A DNA stretch of 64,000 nucleotides from Rhina ancylostomus. Taxonomy: Eukaryota. A model generated the notes under the pieces. That model was not told where the DNA came from, did not search any database, and saw nothing but the letters and a program-made list of their open reading frames with translations. Positions 52,192 through 63,410 of this stretch are shown here, piece after piece. The stretch's first letter is position 1. Each line of letters opens with the position of its first letter. A program made the position numbers and the translations under genes. The stretch is taken from assembly GCA_030265395.1 (NCBI GenBank), contig JARFYF010000053.1, positions 26,725,592 through 26,789,591 on the forward strand. The letters run 5' to 3'.

Positions 52192-52250
52192 TCAGCAGGA
52201 GTATGTGCGTACTGTTGACGTGTCTAACCTCTGTGTCCCTGATGTACCAA
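52192..52250 (-). CDS. PPFIA4: Liprin-alpha-4 C-terminal cassette exon, coding part (whole exon 52156-52250); ends in PDZ ligand VRTYSC
   Basis: ggaaacacag|(V)GTSGTQRLDTSTVRTYSC*, then 36 nt of UTR and a ccg|gtgagt donor at 52155. Confidence 0.93.
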
Positions 52251-52529
52251 CTGTGTTTCCATCAAGACAACAAAAAAATCACACAACATGCAGTAAGTAT
52301 TGCAAGCCATTCCTGCAGATTAGCACAAAGATAAGTAGCCACACTTCAAACGTTTGCAAAGGATCTCTGCTGTAAAGTCAACTCTGGTTCTCATTCTACT
52401 TTCTGGTATCTGTGTTTTCTTTCCTTTCCAAACTTACTCAGTCACCAAGCTTTTGTATGCAAATGGAAAATGATGAAACAGGTTGTCCTGGAATGCAGAC
52501 CTTCCGGGTCAGCCCACTCCAAGTCCTTT

Positions 52530-53085
52530 GTACCTGCTTTCACTAATTCCCCACAATATCATTACAGGACTTGACACAGTTATTGCAGAGTTGGTATTTC
52601 CCTGGCCAAGGTGTCCAGAACCAAGGGTCACAGTCCAAATAGAAAGAGTTGGCCATTCAGGATGAAAAGAGATTTTTTCACCTAGGGGTAGTGAATGTTT
52701 GGATTTCCCCAACCAAGGTAGGAGTGGAGTCTGAGTATATTCATGTCAGAGATCAACAGGCTTTTAGATATTAAGGTCATTGCCACTGACCTTGGTGAAA
52801 GAAAGCTGCCCATAGAGACCTAGGGAAATCTGTGGTGTGGACTTCCTCATTGCGTTTGTCACTTGCTGTCAGGTGTCAATTCAAAGCAATCCCTGGAGCC
52901 AACAGTTGTGATGGATCAAGTTCAGAGGGTGATAGAGTTTTTGATGTTAAGGAAACCAGTGGATATGGGGTTAGTGCAGGAAAGTGGCACAGAGGTAAAA
53001 GAGCATCCATGATCTGACCAAATTTTGTAGTCAGCATGAAGGGTCAAATAAACTATTCCTGTTTCTATTTCCAATGTTCTTATGC
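52530..53085 (+). mobile_element. CR1 LINE 3' fragment in a PPFIA4 intron
   Basis: C-terminal remnants (ITGLD.V..E.VFP..RT.GHS.QI) and tail ctattcctgtttctatttccaatgttcttatg. Confidence 0.65.
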
Positions 53086-54280
53086 TCATTCAATTCAATG
53101 TCCAACTGTACAGTAGAAATTACATGAAACTTCACAGACTGAGGTATTGGCACTTAGTACCTACAAGCAGAGTATCTGTTCTGAAGTCTTGAAACAGACA
53201 GTGATGGAAAACACTGGAGAGCAGCACTATATTAAAAAAGCAAATCCCTCAAATCCAGTCCAACTAGGTAGGATGCAAATTATTTGGCCAACAACTTTCT
53301 AGGAAAAGCTACTGGAAATTACAATCAAATAAATTGAGCTTTAAACGTAATCTGCCTTCATCCTTTTACAACTGTGCAGGACAATTTCCATGATTCTTTC
53401 CACATGCTTTTTAAGGACCTTCCATTTAGATGGTCTGCTCAAAGAACCAACTGTTGCTGCTTAGTTCTGGGATGGGAAAAGTAGATGAATAAAGAATATT
53501 AATAGCTCTCCACTACCAGTTGGCTCAGAGGCAATGACTTCAGATAGTTCCACTCTGACCTAACCAATCACAGTCCAAGGCCAAGAAAGTATATCTGATA
53601 CAGCAATAATTTTGTGTTAGGCAATGGAGTTTTAACACTTCAATGAAGTAAAAAGGACTTTTCTTTATAAATACTTCAAAACCAAACTAGAAACTATTCA
53701 CTTTTCTCAATAAGAAAAGAGCAAGTGCATGAGCTCCATATCTTTTAGTGTTCAGAATTTTATTTGAACATAAATATTTCACAGTGTTCAACAAAATGTT
53801 TTGTTTTTGAACAAGATACAAATTGCTCTTGGTTAGCTGCACCATGTGAAATCTTAATTTATGATATACAATCAGGGTTAGATATTAATATCTTGCCATG
53901 ATTGTCAATTAGTTCTGTACACTTCAACACTCAAGCAAAGGTTTTATATTTCTGTTGCCAATGACATTCAGCCATACAACAAGGACTGTTGTACTTCGAA
54001 TCTGACAAATGCTCCAGTTGGCACTGAGGGAAGTCTGGGTTCTATCCNNNNNNNNNNNNNNNNNNNNNNNNNNNNNNNNNNNNNNNNNNNNNNNNNNNNN
54101 NNNNNNNNNNNNNNNNNNNNNNNNNNNNNNNNNNNNNNNNNNNNNNNNNNNNNNNNNNNNNNNNNNNNNNNNNNNNNNNNNAAAGCATGTAACCAGTTAC
54201 AACATGGATCAGTGATGCTCCCTTTGTGAATTGGTAACTGACATGCGATTGAATATGACTGAGAGTTTGTAAGAATTTAC

Positions 54281-54455
54281 CTTCTGGTTGAATTTTCTTC
54301 GGCTGCACTGATGGAGCTGGGGTGGACATTGCTGTAACCCTGAACCCTGGAGGTAGTGTTTCTGTCGACCCCGCCATCATTGTTATCCCATGGACCTCTC
54401 GTGGCCGAAAGCGCTTTCGCCATGATGGTGCACGCCTGAAACTTTTGTCATCACC
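54281..54455 (-). CDS. PPFIA4: Liprin-alpha-4 exon (175 nt, ends in phase 1)
   Basis: aattacag|GDDKSFRRAPSWRKRFRPREVHGITMMAGSTETLPPGFRVTAMSTPAPSVQPKKIQPE-G|gtaaat. Confidence 0.95.
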
Positions 54456-55007
54456 CTGTAATTACAGGAGAATGAAACACTGACACTATGAGAACAGATT
54501 TAGGAACAAGACTACTTTATGAACTTTAACAGTTAACACATAATTGTGGAGAAATTCCTACCCTACCACTCTTTCTCTGACTTTGTATTCACCCCTCAGT
54601 TCCCAAGACTGGATCTCACTTGATTAAGTCTTCAGTTATTCTCTGGGTATCTTGTGTCATTCTCCAAAGTACCTGCAGAGGCACAATTTAGCTGCCTCTG
54701 TTACCATCATCGAGTAAGCTAGATCTATATAAGGCCATCAACTGCTATAAGCCTAAATTTNNNNNNNNNNNNNNNNNNNTCCTTCCTTTTCCCCTCATAC
54801 CCTCTCTGAGCTCATAGTGCCAATGAGATCCACTTCCTGCACACAACACGATGTCCATTAAACTGCTGCCCACCTAGTTATTAGCATTGTAAATAGTATC
54901 CTCTTCTCAGTGACTTTCCTCATTGCTTTCAAAAATGTCAGCATCACCAGCTCTCAAGATATTCATTCATGATTCTTTTAATCCGACAAATGAAGGAAAA
55001 ACTAGAG

Positions 55008-55140
55008 AAACAAAGGATTGCAGATGCTGGAATCTAGGTGAAAAACACAATGATGCTTGAGGAACAGAGCAGGCCAGGCAGCATCCGTGGAAATTCCACC
55101 TGGCCTGCTGAGTTTCTCCAGCTTCATCGTGTTTTTCTCC
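55008..55140. mobile_element. Miniature hairpin element of the Penelope-like family
   Basis: Arms aggtgaaaaacacaatgatgcttgaggaacagagcaggccagg / cctggcctgctgagtttctccagcttcatcgtgtttttctcct are reverse complements with a few mismatches. Confidence 0.75.
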
Positions 55141-55979
55141 TACAAACTAAGGTCTTATTTCTAATCTATTTTCCCCCTCTAAAGTTGCCAGCTCTTGTTG
55201 TTTTCTGTCCAGGAGTCCATCTTTCCTTCATTTCCATGTTTGAATACACATATCAGCTTTTCCTTCTCCCACAACACTGAAAATACTTGAACAAAAAGTA
55301 ATGTCTGTGACTGTACCTATTCTGCTGCATCATTCCACAGTCTTTAGCAAGGCCAACCACACTATTCTTCTCAAATAGCTGTGCATCATTAGCCAGCTCA
55401 GCGGGAGTAAGTTCAGGTAGTTCCACTCTGAACCAAGGCAAGAAATTATATCCAGTGGGGCAACAATGTTATCTGCTCTGCAATGAAATTTAATCTAAAA
55501 TTGAATTGTGAGGCCTGTGTATGCATAGCACACTGCTTGAAATCATAGCTTGCTATTCCAAGCATTTGGCACACATATCCACAAAGGTAGCTGGACAAGG
55601 GTGGTGCTGGAGTAGGCTTGCAATGTACGGGTGCAATTTTCTACCATGAGTACACAATTTGTGGTTGGCCAAGTTCTCAAGGTGCAGGAAAGGAACTTAC
55701 CAAGAGGGCAAAGAATTGTTGCTGCACTAGCCAAGTAGCCAGAACTTATTTGGCTACTGTTGGGGAAGTTGGATGTGAAGATACAATTGATTCCTCTAAA
55801 TGGTCCTGAGGTCTTCCATCATTAAGGCAAGTTCCTAACTCTGGCTAGGGGAGGGTGGGGAAGAGGGCCTCACAGCTGCCAACCACCAGCAACAGAAGTC
55901 CAATAGACCAGAGTTGATTTGTGGTATCCATCCCCATAACAAACAGCCATTCAAGGATAAATCTACTATACACTAGTCC

Positions 55980-56560
55980 CACTATTTCAAGTTGGGAATC
56001 ACTGCTGATTTGATGTCAAAGGCAGTCAATTTCGCATGGAACTCTGAATATTGTTCATGTTTGAACCAAGGCTGTAATGAGATCTGGAGTTGAGCGTTTC
56101 TGAGAACCCAAACTGGGGATCAGTGTGTAATCTATTAATATGTTCTGATTGGTAGAACTGTCACAATACTTTCCATCTGTTGCTGATCATTGAAAATTGA
56201 TTGGGTGGTAATTAGTTGGAATGGACTTGTCCTTTTGTTTTAATGGATGGGACCACCTTCCACATTGTTGGGTAGGTGCCAGTGCTGTAACTGTGCTGAA
56301 ACAGTTTAGCTGGAGATGCTGTTACTTCGAGAGCACATGTCAGCAGCATGACAGCCGGGGCGTTGTTTAGTCTCATTGCTAAGGCTGCCTTCAGTTTTTT
56401 TTTCCAGCTGTTTCCTCATATCAATGGAGTGGCTGACTACTAGTCTGTGTGAGAGTGTTGGCCTCAGGAAGAATTTGAGCCAGATCATGTATTCAGCATT
56501 TTTCCGAAGATGGCTAGAAATGATTCAGATTTGTCTTTCACAACTTCATTGCATTACACA
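55980..56560 (-). mobile_element. CR1-like LINE pre-RT fragment
   Basis: Reverse strand: TCALEVTASPAKLFQHSYSTGTYPTMWK..KDKS.PTNYHPI (NYRPI motif). Confidence 0.65.
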
Positions 56561-57089
56561 TTATGTTTATTTTTCAGGATATCTCTCCCTGCATCCTCAG
56601 TGAAGGCTTACACACGTCACCTGCTCAGCACTAATTCAACTTGCATTTTATAAGCTGAAGTATTTTTAGCCTGGAGTATCTCGAGGAATAGTTTACCTTC
56701 CTTCCACCTGTGCAATTATTCTTTAATCTTTTTTCCTTTTTTTAAATTCATTTTGGAATTTTAGCTTCACCAATAAGGTCAATATTTATGGCCCATCACT
56801 AATTCTCTGTTCCACACATCCACTTGGAAATGTTATTTGAGTTGAACTTCCACACAAATGCTGACAGCATCAAACTCTGCCCTGATCCTTCCACAGGCTA
56901 TGTACTGTCAGACTACCTGTCTAGCATTATCTCTTATAAGGCTTCCAGACTTCAAGTGGCTTTCCAGGCTGTCTACAACTAAAAATCCTCATGCACATCT
57001 TTGTCAGTAAATTACATAACAGACCCAAAGCTCTCTTTGTTGGTTTCCTTTCTTTTACCCTGCATTAACTCACCTAATCCAAAATTCTT

Positions 57090-57505
57090 TTCCCTATGTT
57101 GTGTCATGTTACAGGTATTGCTCTTGTATCACTCATCACCTCACCTTGCTGTCTTGTATATGCTCCTGGCCCCTCAAATTAGAACTCCCAGCCTTATATT
57201 TAAACTTTGTGACCTCAGCAGTTCTTCTTCCTAACAGCTCTCACTGTACAAACTCCATAAAATTCTGGTTATTTTGTGCTGGCCGGTTGTGTAGTCTCAC
57301 TTTTTTTACTGCCAACTTTCATCTTTAGAATACCGTCCAAAACACCCCTGGCTGTTCATCCCATTTCCTCCTTTAAGGCCGTACATAACAAACATCTCTT
57401 AGCCCACTGCTCTTTTACTTAAGGCACACATCTGAATTAGTTGCCATTTGCCTTTGTTAGATTACACTTCTGTGAAACATAATGGGATAATGTAAATGCA
57501 TTTTT
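57090..57505 (+). mobile_element. Old L2 LINE 3' end (a similar piece lies at 43700-43930)
   Basis: HSSPHLAVLY.LL..Q..FKL remnant of the L2 HITP.L..LHWLP motif, and a ctgtgaaac..tgggat..taaatgca..ttgtt tail. Confidence 0.55.
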
Positions 57506-58061
57506 TTGTTTGGGCTATTGTTCCAAGAACAGCAAATGCCAATTTATCTGTGCATGTATATCAACTGTAAGATTTCAACAAGCAAATGCCTCTGATTGAA
57601 AATAACGTCCAAAGTTCTAGCCTATTCTTCTCAATTCAAAACTCAAATAAGATGACTGCTTCTAAACAAAGAACTTCTTCTGAAATCTATAAAATATTCA
57701 TTGCAATCTCAATGTCAGTATGTGTGACAGTTCTTTAACAATAAAACAAAAGCTTGACTTTAAACATGTTTCCTGAGTGCTTTTATTCAAATTTATTATT
57801 GTTGAGTTGGCTCAGTATTTCCACTCCAACTGCCATCTCTCTCACACATCAAATTTGTGAATTTATCTCAGAGCAAAGGTTTACTTCAGGCACTGGGTAG
57901 AAACTTCACAACTTTTCATCTTTGTAAAAGTTTTACCAGTGGTTAGTCATCTATCAGAATAAAACACATTAGCAGCAGTCCAGTCTCCTTCATTGGATTA
58001 AAGCATAAAATGGGTAGAAATTTAGATTTTAAAACAGATCGATTCTTACTCATCAACTTAG

Positions 58062-58290
58062 AAGCTGAAGCAAAAAAATAAACTGCTGAAAGAACTCAGC
58101 GGGTCAAGCAGCAGCTGTGGAGGTAAAGGGGAGGCCAATGTTTCAGGTTGAGACCCTGCATAAGTCCTGCAGAGTGCAACACAAAATGTTGACCATCCCT
58201 TTGCCTCCACAGATGCTGCTTGACCCACCGAGTTCTTCCAGCAGTTTATTTTTGCCCCAGATTCCTGCATCTGCAGTTTCTTGTGTTGCC
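58062..58290. mobile_element. Palindromic ~230-bp Penelope-like element in a PPFIA4 intron
   Basis: gcaaaaaaataaactgctgaaagaactcagcgggtcaagcagcagctgtggaggtaaaggg pairs with ccctttgcctccacagatgctgcttgacccaccgagttcttccagcagtttatttttgc. Confidence 0.8.
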
Positions 58291-58547
58291 TTAAAAGTTG
58301 CAGTTTGCTAATACAGATTTACCTATGTTTGATCAAAGAATTAACACTGACAGTGAGCTGAGGAGAACGAGGAGGGATAATGCAGCAGGTATTCAAACGC
58401 AGCTCCTTCTGATGGGATGAACTGTTCTCCTCTCCCTTGAATCCAGCTCTTGGCAACTGCAGGCCAACAGCTTAACATAACCAGACAACACAAACTTGAC
58501 ATCTAACCTTTCCCTCAGGGAATTCTGAATGAATCCCTAATACTCAC

Positions 58548-58616
58548 ATCATCCAACTTCCGCTCAGTTCCTAAGGCCAACAGGTTGTTGAATTCACGCT
58601 CCAAGACCTGCCTTGC
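58548..58616 (-). CDS. PPFIA4: Liprin-alpha-4 exon (69 nt)
   Basis: ctctcttgtag|ARQVLEREFNNLLALGTERKLDD|gtgagt. Confidence 0.95.
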
Positions 58617-58720
58617 CTACAAGAGAGTTATACTTAAAATTTAATTTTCAGTTCAACAGTGGTGCAATTACTCAGAAATTCAGGAAATTAAGGAAGCCAA
58701 GGTATCATTGCATAGGTTAC

Positions 58721-58896
58721 CTGAGTATTTTGTGTAGGAATTTGTAATAATAATGCCAGACTGCTGTAATCAAAGTTTTCATCGAGGGCTATCAAGGCTC
58801 CATGTACTCCACTTTCAACTATGTTGTTTGCATACTCACGAAGTCCAATAGATTGCACCCAGTGAATGACTTGGTCGTTAGTCCACACCAACACAT
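58721..58896 (-). CDS. PPFIA4: Liprin-alpha-4 exon, SAM domain 3 (176 nt)
   Basis: ggctag|(D)[58 protein letters not shown]|gtaacc. Confidence 0.96.
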
Positions 58897-59987
58897 CTAG
58901 CCAAAGTCAAACACAGGTAGTTGATTCACAGTAAAAGAAATGCAATTTGCACCATCCAGGATTTGCTTTAGAGGCAATTACATCAGTTCTGGAAACAGCC
59001 ATTACTGTTGTGTGTTCAGTACCACCGAAAATTTCTGAATAATGCACAGTGAATGGCTTTGCTGAAGATTATTTCAGGCTGATTTACATTGTTTTTTTAA
59101 GAAATATGATTCAGTACTGCAACAGTACAAATTAGATGCTTCGTGCCTCAGGAGACATAGCACAGTATACTAATCTCTCTAATTGGACAGGCATACCAGA
59201 AAGTAGCATCAGATGCCACAGGTGAATTAACAACACAGAAAAAATACATCCAATGGGAGCACAGCTCCTCTTTGTCTGCATTTCAAAGAAGCTTTAATTA
59301 AAATTACCTTTAAAGAATAAAAACATATTGCCTCCCTGTGGAAACCCTTTTTTCAGTCTCTATATTCAAATAGAGCAGCTGACCCTATTACAAAGATGAC
59401 TTGGTGGTTTGGTATTCAAATTCAAAATCAATGCTAGCTATAGTAACTTCAATGCAACAGTTCACCCTGTGACCAGAACTTGACTGTGCAGTTAAAGATC
59501 TAAAAGATTCATCTAGAAATGTAATCTGATAATTTCTGTGAGAGCTAAGAAATAAACAAATTATTCTTTCAATACACACAAGGAATGCTTCAAACTGAAA
59601 GCACTGCTGCAAAACCTAATTATTCTACTAGGTTCACCCAATCAGTTAATTAAAAATGGTTATATGACTAATTGATCACTATCTTACATTTTATGTGCAC
59701 TGCAGATCCCAATATACTGCCACATTAATAACTGAATAACTGAGTAAAATGGCACTTGGATCACAAAATGCAATAAAAATGTTTTTATGAAAGAAAGATT
59801 CTGAAAGTACAGCTCAGATGTGTAAAGTATTTAGCAAGGCAGTCTTCCTTTAGATTCTCTGGAGTTCATCAATTGATCTGAGCTGAGGACAGCTCACAAA
59901 GTATGGCTGACCTTGCAAGTGCGCAGATCCATAGATAGAAAGTCAGTAGATAACAAGGACTTCACTTAAGTAAGTGCACACTCGACC

Positions 59988-60020
<33 letters not shown>

Positions 60021-60080
60021 CATGTAAGCGTGTGTGCGGGTGTGTGTGTGAGTGAGAGAAAGAGAGACAGAGAGAGAGAC
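59988..60080. repeat. Compound (TG)n/(CG)n/(GA)n microsatellite
   Basis: Directly visible in the sequence. Confidence 0.95.
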
Positions 60081-60799
60081 TTGAGGTTTTGCTGACTAAC
60101 CTAATAAACTATCCATTCAATGAAAAGCAGTGACATGTATCCATACATATGTGTGATGCATATGCCCATGTGTCTGCATCTCCACACATATCATATTTAA
60201 TTACAAGCAATCTACAAAGAGAAAACCAAATAATATCATGCACCTGAAGGCTTGAAAGAAAAAATTGTAAATCCTTCCTGCTCAAAAGTTTTGCGGCTCA
60301 ATTTCCTTCACAAAAATTGAGCCAATTTATCTTCAAAAAACACATTTCCATTCAGCAAATTAGCTGAAACACCATCAAAAGAACTGGGAATATGAAAGTA
60401 ACTCTCTAGTCCAAAATGATTCACTTAATTAAGTTTCTAGAAATTCTAAATAATCTATTAGTCTGGTCCAAATTCAAACCATCACCCTGTCATAGGAGGG
60501 CAGTGCTGAACAATTCCTTTGCACCCATCCAACTTCACTTGTGAGATCCACTGGTCAATCTTTGAGTAGCACTCGGTTGTTCTGTACCACAGGCAATTTG
60601 AGCGTCCATAATAAAATGGGATTCATCCTCATCATTACATGAAAGGGAACAGAAGAGAATACTGAAATAAACAGTGGCATGGACTTGTACAAACAATGTG
60701 GAGAAAATTACACTGACACTTTAGTACTAAGTTTTCCTTCAAATACAATTTTGTTTTTCAACAGGGAAACTGAATGACAGCAATATTTCTTACAAACTA

Positions 60800-60949
<150 letters not shown>

Positions 60950-60959
60950 TTAATGACAT

Positions 60960-61362
60960 TGTCTCGGCTCTGTGGTAGCAGCCTCACTCTTGAGCCAAGA
61001 GCTTGCAAGTTGAAGCCATCCTTCAGAGGCATTAGGAGACAATCTACGTAAGTAAAAGTGAAGGAGTGCGATGTTTTCAAAGGTAGTGTCTTTTGAATCA
61101 GATGGCATACCTCTGCCCTCAGAGGTAAATATGAAATCTCCTGGTACTGCTTAGAGAGCAGGGGCATTCACACAGTGCCTGGCCAACATTTATTTTTTAA
61201 ACATTGTCAGTAAAACACATTATTTAATGATTAATCTCACTGATGTGAGTGGGATATTGTACAGTGCAAATTGGTTGTCTCATTTGAACTGTATTTCAGA
61301 GGTTCATCATTAGCTGGGACATACAATAGTTATCAAAGTAGCTAATAAAAAAGATCTTCCTT
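60960..61362 (+). mobile_element. DeuSINE (SacSINE1/AmnSINE1-like), decayed
   Basis: tRNA-like head, then a Deu-domain-like stretch gaaggagtgc..ggtagtgtcttt..ctgccctcagaggtaaatatgaaatctc..gagcaggggc..gtgcctggccaacatttat..gtgcaaattggttg. Confidence 0.65.
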
Positions 61363-62534
61363 TACTGGGATAAATGTACTTCTGGAATAAAAGTGCACAA
61401 ATCAATTAATTCAAAAGAACACATTTCATTCAATACCCACATTGTATAAAAAAGTGAATAAACAACATATTTAAATTTTGACCCCTTGCTTNNNNNNNNN
61501 NNNNNNNNNNNNNNNNNNNNNNNNNNNNNNNNNNNNNNNNNNNNNNNNNNNNNNNNNNNNNNNNNNNNNNNNNNNNNNNNNNNNNNNNNNNTGACCCCTT
61601 GCTTGTGATGTAGATCTAAAGGAAGGGTATAGTTTATATTTGCACAAGGATTTCTGAACACTACTAGTTTGAGAAATCTGACATTGTTGTTGAGCGGGAC
61701 AATAATCTCCATTATAAATGGTGAAAATACTGTCTCAACAATAAAGCACAGAGTGATGTGAATAATTCTAATACAACACATCTTTTGGTGGAAATATCAG
61801 TATATTCATTAGCTATCCCTAAAATAGGCTGTAAAAAAAAGTCATGATTTTTAAGACACAAATGCATTACGGTCTCTACCCTCTCATACATTGCTTACAA
61901 TTCACCCATTAAACTCCCCATCCCCTTTCATAATGCTTCATTTATTCATTTCCCCCCCTCATGGTCTGTCAATGAGACGCTGCTTCAAGTGGCACTGTGA
62001 CTGAAACTACTAATTGGACTCAGTTAGTATTTACATTTATTTAATCAGGTGTTCCAGAGGAATAGTTGGAGAAAAATAATTATCAAATACTTGGACAGAG
62101 CGGCACTTAAAACATATTTGCAAGAAAACAAAATCACTATTTTCCCTTAATTTTTGTGGTCATCTCTTCAATTTAACTAAGCACAATCCAACAGACAAGT
62201 AGGAAGTTCCACTTGTATGTGGTTGAAACAGAACTAGGATGATAACACAGATCAGACATACTCTCTCTGCCATTACTGACTTTATACTGGTTACAGGTTA
62301 CTACAGTGTTACAATGGAAAACTGCAACACACTAAGTCGTGTGGGAAAGAAATATATTTGTCTTCAAGAAAATAGCATGCACATGGACATTCAAGTTTGA
62401 AACAAAGTCAATACTCCCTTTTACCAGATTTTTTTGCCTTCCCACATTTAAACTTAGTTACTACAGACTGTCCAGGAGATAACTTAACTGGAAGGCTCCT
62501 TTCAAGGGAGTACTGAAGAAAAAATGGAAACTTG

Positions 62535-63185
62535 TCTAGAGGTCCAAAGATCCCTTAAGGTGACAACAAAGGTAGATAGGGTGGTGAAGAAGGTATATGG
62601 GATGATTGACTTCATTACCCAGGGCATGGAATATAAGAGAAAGGAAGTCATGAAACAGCTTTGTATAACATTGGTTAGGACACAGCTGGAATATTGTATG
62701 CAGTTCCGTTCACCACACTATAAAATGGGCATGATGGTGCTGGAGATTCACCAGGATGTTACCCAAGATGGAACATTTCAGTTATGAGGAGAGACTGAAT
62801 AAGCTGGGTTTGTTTTCCTGGGAGCAGAAGCGGCTCAGGGATGACCTGATATAGAAATACAAAATTACAAGAGGCATAGATGGGAAGAAACTATGCCTCT
62901 TCCCATGGCAAAATATCAAAAGCCAGAGAACGTAGCTTTAAGGTACAGAGTTGGAGGTTTAGAGAGGATCTGAGGGAGAGTACCTCCAGTCAGAGGATGG
63001 TTGAAGTCTGGATTGCACTACCTGAGAGGGGGGTGGTGGTAAAAAGTTACTCTCGCAACTTTTGGGAAGTACCTGGATGAACATTTGAATCACCTCGGAC
63101 CAAGTACTGTTAAATAGCATTACTATAGCTAGCATTAACATATTGAAGGGCCTATTTCTGTGCTCTTTGACTCTGTGACTATGAC
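62535..63185 (+). mobile_element. CR1 LINE ORF2 C-terminal fragment with tail
   Basis: VQRSLKVTTKVDRVVKKVYGMIDFITQGMEYKRKEVMKQLCITLVRTQLEYCMQFRSPHYK plus a gactctgtgactatgac tail. Confidence 0.88.
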
Positions 63186-63234
63186 CTCTTCCAATGAATA
63201 AGCTGGCAATTATAAGTAAAGCATAACAGTTTAC

Positions 63235-63410
63235 CGATGAAAGCTATCAACCATCTTCAGATGCATTCGCAGGTCTTTCTTGGTCAAATGGTCAAGCATT
63301 CGTGCATCCACCAAGCACTCCATGAAATAGCTGCGATACTGGGGCAATCCAAGGCTGGGAAGCCATTCATTACCAATCCACTCGTGGTTCATATCTCCAT
63401 AAGCCAGGGT
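63235..63410 (-). CDS. PPFIA4: Liprin-alpha-4 exon, SAM domain 2 (176 nt)
   Basis: Reverse strand: ctcttaccag|[60 protein letters not shown]|gtaa. This is the hallmark liprin-alpha SAM2 sequence. Upstream exons lie beyond the window. Confidence 0.96.

Noticed and set aside
61478-61604. Direct repeat tgaccccttgctt on both sides of a 100-N gap, resembling a target-site duplication
   Set aside because: More simply explained as overlapping contig ends joined by a default 100-N spacer. Smaller overlaps occur at the 50108 and 10524 gaps. An insertion cannot be excluded without reads.
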